A stretch of DNA of 38,129 nucleotides, from IMG/VR virus record IMGVR_UViG_3300015369_000076, positions 1-38,129 of that record; one strand, 5' to 3'. The position numbers were made by a program, and so were the translations under genes. Positions 16,107 through 24,430 of this stretch are shown piece after piece; the stretch's first letter is position 1; each line of letters begins with the position of its first letter. Under the pieces are notes generated by a model that worked only from the letters and a program-made list of their open reading frames with translations, had not been told where the DNA came from and did no database searches. This DNA is from a virus.

Positions 16107-16256
16107 ATGTGGGCATTCTACAAGACATTCTGCCTGGTGATAGGCTTCATAATAGTCACGAGCTTAATAGCGATAATTGTGAGCCTTCTGGTGATAATCC
16201 TCATCGAGTCCATACGCCGGTATGTCCGATATCGCCGAACCGGAGAGAGGGACTAA
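16107..16256 (+). CDS. Small single-pass membrane protein (49 aa), absent from the ORF track
   Basis: Hand translation gives MWAFYKTFCLVIGFIIVTSLIAIIVSLLVIILIESIRRYVRYRRTGERD*. It starts 2 nt after the previous stop. Confidence 0.45.
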   Translation: MWAFYKTFCLVIGFIIVTSLIAIIVSLLVIILIESIRRYVRYRRTGERD

Positions 16257-16263
16257 GACATCC

Positions 16264-16353
16264 GCCGCCCCTGGCGACTCGGTAGCCGTGCATTAGAATT
16301 AAAGGTGAAGGCAGGAGTATATTTCAACAGGGGTTCGACTCCCCGGGGCGGCA
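16264..16353 (+). ncRNA. tRNA-like element (acceptor, D and T arms present; no canonical anticodon arm)
   Basis: GCCGCCC(C) pairs with (G)GGGCGGC. D arm GGC-GACTCGGTA-GCC. T arm GGGG-TTCGACT-CCCC. The central ~40 nt do not fold into a 5-bp stem with a 7-nt loop. Confidence 0.4.
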
Positions 16354-16416
16354 CAAGGTTATGCCTTAACGATAATTAACATTTTCGCATTACTAACTTT
16401 TTTAACATCTTAAACC

Positions 16417-17130
16417 ATGCAAGTAAAAAGCATCACACCAAAGATCGTAGGTGACACCAAGGTCATCTTCGGACCGGTCAGACTGTCATTCGCACATGTC
16501 TGGGAACCCAAAAAAGACAAAAATTCAGACAAGCCAAAGTATTCCGCGGACCTCATTATCCCCAACAGTGACAAGGCCACTCTCAAGGCCATCCGAAAGG
16601 CCATCAAGGCGGCCAAGGAGAAGGGCAAGCTCACCAAGTGGAGCGGGAACCTCCCCCAGAACCTCACAGATCTGCTGCACGATGGCAACGAGAAAGTCAA
16701 AGGCGATCCTGACAAGTATGCCGCCTATCGTGACACATATTATATTACAGCATGGAGCTATAAAAAGCCCGAGATCGTGGACACCGAGCGCCACCCGATA
16801 ATCGACCAGAGCGAAGTCTACTCCGGCTGCTGGTGCGTGGTCTCCGTGACGTTCATCCCGTACAACAACCCCCACAAGAAGGGAGTGCTCGCAGGTCTAA
16901 ACAACCTCATGAAGGCAAAGGACGATGCCAAACTCGGAGAAAGCAACACCAATGCCAGCACCGACTTTGCCGACGTAGACACCAGCGGATTCGTCAATGC
17001 GAACGATGACGATGACGACGTAGACACCAGCGGATTCGTCAATGCGAACGATGACGATGACGACGTAGACACCAGCGGATTCGTCAATGCGAACGATGAC
17101 GATGACGACGATGACGATGACGCTCTCTAG
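16417..17130 (+). CDS. DUF2815-family phage ssDNA-binding-like protein with a triplicated acidic tail
   Basis: N-terminus VIFGPVRLSFAHVWEPKKD...KYSADLIIPNSD matches the DUF2815 pattern. The C-terminus is (VDTSGFVNANDDDDD)x3 followed by a D-run. Confidence 0.75.
   Translation: MQVKSITPKIVGDTKVIFGPVRLSFAHVWEPKKDKNSDKPKYSADLIIPNSDKATLKAIRKAIKAAKEKGKLTKWSGNLPQNLTDLLHDGNEKVKGDPDKYAAYRDTYYITAWSYKKPEIVDTERHPIIDQSEVYSGCWCVVSVTFIPYNNPHKKGVLAGLNNLMKAKDDAKLGESNTNASTDFADVDTSGFVNANDDDDDVDTSGFVNANDDDDDVDTSGFVNANDDDDDDDDDAL
16972..17106 (+). repeat. Three perfect tandem 45-bp repeats encoding DVDTSGFVNANDDDD units
   Basis: gacgtagacaccagcggattcgtcaatgcgaacgatgacgatgac read three times without mismatch. 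Confidence 0.85.
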
Positions 17131-17133
17131 GCG

Positions 17134-19122
17134 ATGAAGGAGCTGGGAATAGACATTGAGACTTATTCAAGCTTCGACCTTATGGAGTGTGGGGTCCACA
17201 GATATGTAGAGGCTGTGGACTTCACCATCCTTCTGTTCTCATACAAGAGGGACGACGACTCCGAGGTAAGGACCGTCGACCTCGCATCCGGAGAGGAGCT
17301 CCCCGGAGAAATCGCCTCTGCGTTGACCGACCCTGATGTCGTCAAGACCGCATACAACGCCATGTTCGAAAGGACATGCCTGTCCAAGTACCTTGGAGTC
17401 ATGCTCCCTATAGAGCAGTGGCGGTGCACCATGGTCCAGGCTGCAAGGATGGGACTCCCTCTGGGACTCTCCGCCTGTGCTGAGGCACTGGGTCTGCCTG
17501 TCAACAAGATGAGGGAAGGCAACGCCCTGATAAGGCTCTTCTCCACTCCGCAGAGAAAACGCCGGAGGACACTGATGGGGGAGGAGCCCGAAAGGGTGCT
17601 TCCATCGGAGAACCCAGAGAAGTGGGAGATATTCAAGGCGTACAACAAGCGTGACGTGGAGGTGGAGCAGGCGGTCCTCGCCAAGGTGCGGAGATTCCCT
17701 GTGCCCGAGTTCGACCAGAGGCTCTACGTGCTTGACCAGGAGATAAACGACCGAGGGGTGCTGCTTGACAGGCGGCTCGCAGAGAACGCCGACAGGTTCT
17801 ACCACACCTACACGGACGAACTCATGGAGCGGCTCAGGGCCCTTACAGGCCTTGACAACCCAAACTCAAACACCCAGATGAAGGAATGGCTCAAGGGCCT
17901 TACCGGATACGGCATCGACTCCCTCGGCAAGGGGAATGTCTACGAGCTGGAAAGGAAGCTAGGGAGATACCCTCAGGCGGTCGAGGCACTGAGGCTCCGC
18001 AGGGAGCTCGCCAAGACATCCAACGCCAAGTACGCTTCGATGCTTGACTGCGTGAATGACGACGGCCGTATCAGGGGGCTGTTCCAGTTCTACGGGGCCG
18101 CACGCTCCGGACGCTGGAGCGGCAGGCTGGTCCAGCTGCAGAACCTCCCTCAGAACCACATGAAGAACCTCGGCGATGCAAGGAACATAGTGCTCCGTGG
18201 AGACTATGACGAATTCACCCTATGCTACGACAAGGTGAACAACGTACTCTCCGAGCTCATCCGCACGGCCTTCATAGCAGGTCCGGGATGCACCCTCCAT
18301 GTATGCGACTTCTCCGCCATCGAAGCGAGGGTGGTCGCATGGCTGGCGGGCGAGGGCTGGGTGCTGGAGGCGTTCAGGGCCGGCAAGGACATATACTGCG
18401 AGACAGCCTCCCAGATGTTTGGCGTTCGCGTCGAGAAGCATGGCGAGAACGCCGAGCTCCGGCAGAAGGGAAAGATCGCGGTACTCGCCCTGGGATACGG
18501 GGGAGCCGTGAACGCACTTGACGCCATGGGCGGTCAGAGGCTCGGACTCTCCGAAGAGGAAGAGAAGGACATCGTCTACAAGTGGCGAAACGCCAACAGG
18601 AACATCGTCGCCCTCTGGGGGATATTCGAGCGTGCGGCCATCGGGGCGCTGAAGGACCCCGGGCATCCCAAGCCATCCACAAGGGGAATAACCTTCACCG
18701 GGAAATGGGGAGGACTCATGGTGACACTGCCATCGGGAAGATCCATCTTCTACGTGAGGGCGCAGGTCATACCCGAGCACCTCAGGACCAGGAAGGGGGA
18801 AGTGTATGAAAAAGACGGACTCGCTTATGAAGGGGTGAACCAGACTACCAGGCAGTGGACTGTGATTCGCACGTTCGGCGGTAAGCTGACCGAGAACATA
18901 GTGCAGGCAGTGGCGAGGGACATCCTAGGAGAGATCCTTCTCAGGTGCAAGGAACACGGGTTCGACGTGGTGTTCCACGTACATGACGAAGTGATTGTTG
19001 AGGCGAAGAAAGGTCAGACGCTAGAAGAGCTCGAAAGCCTGTTCTCACAGCCGATAGGATGGTGCGAAGACCTGCCACTGAAGGGGGCGGGCTATTCCAC
19101 GCCATATTATCTGAAGGACTAA
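17134..19122 (+). CDS. Family A DNA polymerase with N-terminal 3'-5' exonuclease domain
   Basis: Exo I GIDIETYS, motif A CDFSAIEARV, motif B RQKGKIAVLALGYGG and motif C VFHVHDEV. Confidence 0.9.
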   Translation: MKELGIDIETYSSFDLMECGVHRYVEAVDFTILLFSYKRDDDSEVRTVDLASGEELPGEIASALTDPDVVKTAYNAMFERTCLSKYLGVMLPIEQWRCTMVQAARMGLPLGLSACAEALGLPVNKMREGNALIRLFSTPQRKRRRTLMGEEPERVLPSENPEKWEIFKAYNKRDVEVEQAVLAKVRRFPVPEFDQRLYVLDQEINDRGVLLDRRLAENADRFYHTYTDELMERLRALTGLDNPNSNTQMKEWLKGLTGYGIDSLGKGNVYELERKLGRYPQAVEALRLRRELAKTSNAKYASMLDCVNDDGRIRGLFQFYGAARSGRWSGRLVQLQNLPQNHMKNLGDARNIVLRGDYDEFTLCYDKVNNVLSELIRTAFIAGPGCTLHVCDFSAIEARVVAWLAGEGWVLEAFRAGKDIYCETASQMFGVRVEKHGENAELRQKGKIAVLALGYGGAVNALDAMGGQRLGLSEEEEKDIVYKWRNANRNIVALWGIFERAAIGALKDPGHPKPSTRGITFTGKWGGLMVTLPSGRSIFYVRAQVIPEHLRTRKGEVYEKDGLAYEGVNQTTRQWTVIRTFGGKLTENIVQAVARDILGEILLRCKEHGFDVVFHVHDEVIVEAKKGQTLEELESLFSQPIGWCEDLPLKGAGYSTPYYLKD

Positions 19123-19135
19123 CAATTCTGTTACA

Positions 19136-21604
19136 ATGGACAAGAACAAGACAATATATATAGCGACGGCCAAGACCAGGAAGGCAACCCAGTGGAGAAT
19201 CCGCAATGTCCGCTGGGCCGAACTGGCGAAGAGGTGCATGGAGGTCACCCGCACCAAGGAGACTGTCGCCGAATACTTCAAGATGACGAAGGACGAGCAG
19301 TCCCTGATAAAGGATGTGGGCGGATTCGTCGGAGGATACCTGAGAGATGGCATACGCAGGAAGGACCACGTGTCGTTCCACTCGGTCATCACCCTTGACT
19401 TCGACTTCATAAGGGGCCTGATAGAGGACTTCTGGGATGACCTCTGCATGCTGTTCGAAAATGTCGACATGTTCATATATACGACCCACAAGCACACGGC
19501 CCAGAAGCCGAGGGCGAGGATAGTGATTCTCCTGGACCGCAACGTTTCCCCTGATGAGTATGAACCACTGGCCAGGTGGGTGGCGGGCAAGATAGGCATA
19601 GAGATGATAGACGACACGACCTACGACCTTACCCGCCTGTTCTACTGGCCGAGCGCAAGCTCCGACGGGCCGTTCTTCTCGAGGATACAGAGGGGCGAGC
19701 CGCTGAAGGTGGATGATATCCTTGAAGGGGAGTATGTCGACTGGCACAACGTGGCCGAGTGGCCGAGATCCTCCAGGGAGAAGGACCTCGTAAGGAAGGA
19801 GACGAAGAAGGCGCAGGACCCGACCGAGAAGGGCGGACTCATAGGAGCGTTCTGCAGGTGCTATACCATAGAGGACGCCATAGACAAGTTCCTCCCTGAC
19901 ATATACACTCCTACCAGCGTGACCGGGCGGTACTCATACGCCAAGGGGAGCACTGTCGGGGGTCTGGTATGCTACGAGGGCAAGTTCGCCTATTCGAACC
20001 ATGATACCGACCCGGCAAAGGGGCTCCACAACGCCTTCGACTTGATACGCATCCACAAGTTCGGGGACCGTGACGCAGGACCCTACGATGACATCACCAA
20101 GGCTCCTTCGTTCAGGGCGATGGAGGAATACATATCGGATGACCCGGAGATAAAGAAGCTGGTCCTTGCGGAGGGGCTGTTCTCCGCAAGCGCCAAGGAA
20201 GATTTCAAGGACGTAGACCTTTCGGTGATAGACTCGTCATGGATGGATAACATAAGTACGAAGTTCTCGAAGGGAAAGGACAAGATACCCGCGAACTCCA
20301 TCGAAAACATCGTGAACCTGCTTGAGACGGACCCGAAGCTGAGGGGCCGGTTCAGGACCAACACATTCTCCGGGCAGGACATAATAGTGGACGCACCCTG
20401 GGAGAGGTCGGACCCGACCGAGGACATCGGCCTGAAGGACATATCGAACCTCTCTGGATACGTGGAGCACATATGTGGCAAGATATCCAAGGGGGTGCTG
20501 AACGACGCACTGAACATAGTTCTTTCAAGGCACTCGTTCAACCCCGTGAAGGAATACTTCGAATCCGTGGGGGAGTGGGACGGAAAGCCGAGGCTGGACA
20601 TGATCCTGATAGACTACCTCGGAGCCGCCGACACTCCCTATACGAGGACCGTATCAAGGATGCAGTTCGTGGCGGCCGTGGCGAGGACGTACAGGCCGGG
20701 AATCCAGTACGACTACATGCTGGTCCTGTACGGGAAGCAGGGCATCGGTAAGTCCGCAATCGTAAGGAAGATGGGATGCGACAGCTTTTCCATCGAGATA
20801 TCCAACGGGCTCGCCGGGAAGGACGCAATGGAGAACCTGAGGATAGCCCTGCTGGCCGAGTTCGCCGAACTCGCCTCGCTGAAGCGCTCAGACCTTGAGG
20901 GGGTGAAGGCCTTCATAACGAGGGAGCGGGACACCTTCAGGGAGGCCTACGGAAAGAGCTCCAAGTCATACCCAAGACACTGCGTATTCTTCGGGACTAC
21001 CAACAGACCCGACTTCCTGACTGACGAGGACAACAGGAGATTCCTGGTCGTGGAGGCCGGAATCAAGAAGCCGGTCGCAAGCATCTGGGAAGACCTCCCA
21101 AGGGAGAGGGACCAGATATGGGCCGAGGCGATACACTACTACAAGGAAGGCTCTCCCCTGTACCTTACCGGGGCGATGAAGGAAGAGGCGGCCCGGATCC
21201 AGAAGAAGTTCACATCGATCATGAACGACGACAACCGGGGAACGATAATGGAGTTCCTTGACATGCCTCTCCCTCCTTCATGGGAGTCCAGGACCATGCC
21301 TGAGAGAAGGGCCTACTTCGACTGCAACGACCCTACCAGGACGGCGGGGGAGGTCAGACGAGACAAGATATGTGCGCAGGAGCTGAAAAACGAACTGCTC
21401 CATGAGAAGATATCCGAGAACGGTAAATTCACGAGCCAGTACATAAACAGACTCATGGACACCATACCTGGATGGAAGAGGATGGACACCCTTGCGGAGT
21501 TCGGACCTTACGGCAAGCAGAGGGGCTACGAGAGGATCAAGGAGGCGGAACAAACCGGTGAAAATCCCGGAACAAATCCGGACAAAACGGAACAAAAAAT
21601 TTAG
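19136..21604 (+). CDS. Primase-polymerase / VirE-type P-loop helicase fusion (822 aa)
   Basis: N-terminal VITLDFDF and YTTHKHT...PRARIVILLDR (AEP/VirE_N-like). Walker A LYGKQGIGKS and Walker B-like RRFLVVE. Confidence 0.8.
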   Translation: MDKNKTIYIATAKTRKATQWRIRNVRWAELAKRCMEVTRTKETVAEYFKMTKDEQSLIKDVGGFVGGYLRDGIRRKDHVSFHSVITLDFDFIRGLIEDFWDDLCMLFENVDMFIYTTHKHTAQKPRARIVILLDRNVSPDEYEPLARWVAGKIGIEMIDDTTYDLTRLFYWPSASSDGPFFSRIQRGEPLKVDDILEGEYVDWHNVAEWPRSSREKDLVRKETKKAQDPTEKGGLIGAFCRCYTIEDAIDKFLPDIYTPTSVTGRYSYAKGSTVGGLVCYEGKFAYSNHDTDPAKGLHNAFDLIRIHKFGDRDAGPYDDITKAPSFRAMEEYISDDPEIKKLVLAEGLFSASAKEDFKDVDLSVIDSSWMDNISTKFSKGKDKIPANSIENIVNLLETDPKLRGRFRTNTFSGQDIIVDAPWERSDPTEDIGLKDISNLSGYVEHICGKISKGVLNDALNIVLSRHSFNPVKEYFESVGEWDGKPRLDMILIDYLGAADTPYTRTVSRMQFVAAVARTYRPGIQYDYMLVLYGKQGIGKSAIVRKMGCDSFSIEISNGLAGKDAMENLRIALLAEFAELASLKRSDLEGVKAFITRERDTFREAYGKSSKSYPRHCVFFGTTNRPDFLTDEDNRRFLVVEAGIKKPVASIWEDLPRERDQIWAEAIHYYKEGSPLYLTGAMKEEAARIQKKFTSIMNDDNRGTIMEFLDMPLPPSWESRTMPERRAYFDCNDPTRTAGEVRRDKICAQELKNELLHEKISENGKFTSQYINRLMDTIPGWKRMDTLAEFGPYGKQRGYERIKEAEQTGENPGTNPDKTEQKI

Positions 21605-21849
21605 GGGCCAAAAAAAGCTCGGAACAAACTGAAAAAATTTGTTCCAAGATTTGTTCCAAGTTTTTCCGCTGATTATCAATTTATTAAGGTGTTTTAGAAC
21701 AAAAAACAAAAAAATATGATAAAAATAAAAAATATAATAGGGTATGGATATAATGGTAAAAAATGGAAAATACAGGTAAATCCGCATATGAGGGTATGGG
21801 GGTATGCAAAATTATAGGGGTATACGCGCGAGATTTTTTTTGTTCCAAG
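21547..21849. repeat. Iteron-rich, AT-rich region (GGAACAAA direct and inverted copies; GGGTATG repeats): candidate replication origin or regulatory hub
   Basis: GGAACAAA at 21547, 21569, 21589 and 21621. TTTGTTCCAAG at 21638, 21650 and 21839. GGGTATG at 21740, 21792 and 21800. An A/T-rich tract lies at about 21690-21740. Confidence 0.5.
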
Positions 21850-22158
21850 ATGAGTGAAGCTAGCAAATACGCACTCACGAGCGAGAAGGCGATAGAGAGA
21901 TACCTGGTGGACTCGGTCACCAAGGCAGGCGGGCTGTGCCTGAAGTTCGCATCGTCGAACATGACGGGCTATCCCGACAGGATTGTCCTTCTCCCTTGCG
22001 GCGTGTCTGCATGGGTCGAGGTGAAGGGATACTCGGGAAGGATAACAACCAAGCAGACCCTCCGGATCCAGCAGCTCGCCCTGCTGGGGCAGAAGGTCTA
22101 TGTGGCGGACTCGAGAGAGAGCGTCGACTGGCTGCTTGAAGACATGAGGAGGATATGA
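21850..22158 (+). CDS. VRR-NUC domain nuclease
   Basis: GYPDRIVLLPCGVSAWVEVKG...KQ matches the PD-(D/E)XK VRR-NUC pattern. The ATG at 21850 is preferred over the track start at 21763, which lies in the repeat region. Confidence 0.75.
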   Translation: MSEASKYALTSEKAIERYLVDSVTKAGGLCLKFASSNMTGYPDRIVLLPCGVSAWVEVKGYSGRITTKQTLRIQQLALLGQKVYVADSRESVDWLLEDMRRI

Positions 22159-23552
22159 GGTTCGTGCCGTACCAGTATCAGAAGCAGGCGATGTCCTGGA
22201 TCGGGGAGCATCCGAGATGCTGTCTCTTCCTTGACATGGGCCTCGGGAAGACCGTGATAACACTGACCGCCATCCAGAGGCTCATCGACGACGCGGAGCT
22301 CTCCAAGGTCCTGGTCGTTGCGCCCAAGAAGGTGGCCGAGTCTACATGGGCTACGGAGAATTCCAAGTGGGATCATCTGGGTCTCAAGGTCTCTGTAGTT
22401 CTCGGCTCGGCGGCCCGGAGGGTCAAGGCCCTTTCCGATGACGCCGATGTGTATGTGACAGGGAGGGACAACTTCGTCTGGATGGTGGACTACTACAGGA
22501 GTTCTCTTCCTTTCGATGCCATCGTGCTTGACGAGCTGACCTCCTTCAAGTCCAACACGTCCCAGAGGTTCAAGGCCCTTCGCAGGGTGGCTCCCTCCTT
22601 CAGGCGTGTGATAGGCCTTACCGGCACTCCGGCTCCCAACGGTCTAATCGACCTCTGGGCCCAGATGTATGTCATCGACGGCGGAGAAAGACTCGGCAAG
22701 TCCCTCACCCGGTATCGCGATACGTACTTCTCAATCCACAAGTGGAACAACATCATAATCCGGTGCACGCCCAAGGCGGGAATGGAGAAGGTGATACGCG
22801 AGAGGATATCCGACATATGCCTGTCAATGCAGGGCAGGGACTATCTGCAGCTCCCTGACATGATAGTGCACGATTACCCTGTCGACCTCGGTGATGCCTA
22901 TGAGGGATACGAGAGGTTCGAGCGTGAGGAGGTCCTGTCGTTCGAGGAGGACGATACGAACATCATAGCGAGCAATGCGGCCGGACTCCTGAACAAGCTC
23001 CAGCAGTATGCATCGGGAATGGTGTACGACTCGGAGCACAATGTCCATGTCGTGCACACAAGGAAGGGTGAGTGTCTCCGCGAGATTGTCGAAGGTGCCA
23101 TGGCATCCGAGTGCCATGTCCTGGTGTTCTATGCCTATGTGGCCGAGATACCCATGATAGCCGACGCCCTGAAGGGATTCAAGGTCCGGAACTATACGGG
23201 CGCCAAGGACCTTGATGACTGGAACGCCGGCAAGATCGAGGTTCTGTTGGCCCATCCTGCATCCACTGCATATGGGCTGAACATGCAGCAGGGCGGACAC
23301 TACATCGTGTGGTATGGCTTGACATGGAACCTCGAGCTGTACCAGCAGGCCAATGCGAGGCTCCATAGGCAGGGGCAGCCATACCCTGTGCAGGTGTACC
23401 GGCTGATAGCCAGCGGTACTGTCGACGAGAGGATATGCCAGGCGCTTTCCGGCAAGGGTACGACCCAGGAGAGGTTGCTCTCGGCCCTTTCGGACCTGAG
23501 AAGGTTTTATGAACAAGATAACAACAATGTTAGTCAAGATGATGACAAGTGA
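22155..23552 (+). CDS. SNF2-family helicase/ATPase
   Basis: Motif I LDMGLGKT, motif II DELTSFK, motif III LTGTPAPNG and motif VI QANARLHRQGQ. Confidence 0.9.
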   Translation: MRFVPYQYQKQAMSWIGEHPRCCLFLDMGLGKTVITLTAIQRLIDDAELSKVLVVAPKKVAESTWATENSKWDHLGLKVSVVLGSAARRVKALSDDADVYVTGRDNFVWMVDYYRSSLPFDAIVLDELTSFKSNTSQRFKALRRVAPSFRRVIGLTGTPAPNGLIDLWAQMYVIDGGERLGKSLTRYRDTYFSIHKWNNIIIRCTPKAGMEKVIRERISDICLSMQGRDYLQLPDMIVHDYPVDLGDAYEGYERFEREEVLSFEEDDTNIIASNAAGLLNKLQQYASGMVYDSEHNVHVVHTRKGECLREIVEGAMASECHVLVFYAYVAEIPMIADALKGFKVRNYTGAKDLDDWNAGKIEVLLAHPASTAYGLNMQQGGHYIVWYGLTWNLELYQQANARLHRQGQPYPVQVYRLIASGTVDERICQALSGKGTTQERLLSALSDLRRFYEQDNNNVSQDDDK

Positions 23553-23730
23553 TGAGATCGGGAAGGTAAGGTGCCTTCTCGTCATGGCGGGCTATCCCGC
23601 CGGGCAGGTCGAGGACCTGTTGAGAATGGTTGCTGACGACAAGTGTCCTGTCAAGGCCGTACAGGATGCCTGTGACTCTTATGCACGGCCGAGACAGAAG
23701 GAATGGAACGACATAGCCAGAAAGAGCTAG
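23509..23730 (+). CDS. Hypothetical protein (73 aa; alternative starts at 23527 and 23539)
   Basis: ATG ORF overlapping the SNF2 3' end. Confidence 0.5.
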   Translation: MNKITTMLVKMMTSDEIGKVRCLLVMAGYPAGQVEDLLRMVADDKCPVKAVQDACDSYARPRQKEWNDIARKS

Positions 23731-23963
23731 ACATGACAAAGAACGAAGAAGCGAGGATAAGGATTATCCTCAGGCACGAGGGATACTCTCGTGATGCGAT
23801 GGTCGAGGAGATCATGGCGGGCATCAAGTCCAAGTCCATATCGGACGGGCAGTTCGAAGGAAGGTATCGGACAGTTCACAACCTCAAGTACCGTCCTCTC
23901 CCTCTGGGGTGGAACGACTGGAAGGATGTGAAGGAACCCGAGGAATCCAAGGAGGCTGAGTGA
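23703..23963 (+). CDS. Hypothetical protein (86 aa; alternative start at 23733)
   Basis: ATG ORF between the small ORF and the HNH gene. Confidence 0.55.
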   Translation: MERHSQKELDMTKNEEARIRIILRHEGYSRDAMVEEIMAGIKSKSISDGQFEGRYRTVHNLKYRPLPLGWNDWKDVKEPEESKEAE

Positions 23964-24295
23964 TGAAGCTCGCCTGGGATTCAAAGAAGAGTAGGAGTGT
24001 TCGGACCGGATACCATCGGGAAAGGTCCGACTCTCCCTACCATACCGACAGGTGGACTCGCCTGTCAAGGACATTCAGGGCGCTCCATCCGCTGTGCGCC
24101 GAGTGTGCGAGGAACGGGATAGTGAAGGCGTCCGAATGTGTCGACCACGTGATACCCTGGCCGGCATGGAAGAGGATGGGCGGAGACTTCTTCGATACGG
24201 CCAATTTGCAGGCTCTGTGCCACGATTGCAACGTGACGAAGGGTAACAGGGACCGCGAGCGATTGAAGGTGTGGAGGCCCGGTATGCGATGGTAG
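23963..24295 (+). CDS. HNH endonuclease (packaging-associated)
   Basis: CAEC...VDHVIPW...NLQALCHDCNVTKG. Located upstream of terS/terL. Confidence 0.85.
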   Translation: MKLAWDSKKSRSVRTGYHRERSDSPYHTDRWTRLSRTFRALHPLCAECARNGIVKASECVDHVIPWPAWKRMGGDFFDTANLQALCHDCNVTKGNRDRERLKVWRPGMRW

Positions 24296-24430
24296 GGGCA
24301 TGTTTCTCCGGGCGTCCGGCGCCGGGCCCTCTCGGCCGGACCCCCGGGGGGAGGGGTGAATCTCTCGCCGAAATCTGCTCAAGACCGCTGCCCCCGTTTT
24401 ACGCAAACAGTGTCAAAATTTGATAAACCC

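Noticed and set aside
16264-16353. Calling this a functional tRNA or suppressor tRNA
   Set aside because: No anticodon stem-loop can be drawn. All large genes are open in the standard code, so there is no sign of stop-codon reassignment that would need a suppressor.
22824-23585. 253-aa ORF on the - strand
   Set aside because: It is antisense to the SNF2 helicase, which has motifs I-VI. Other antisense ORFs were rejected on the same logic: 2562..3266, 18941..19747, 24413..25141, 37246..37857, 17239..17805 and 18220..18780.
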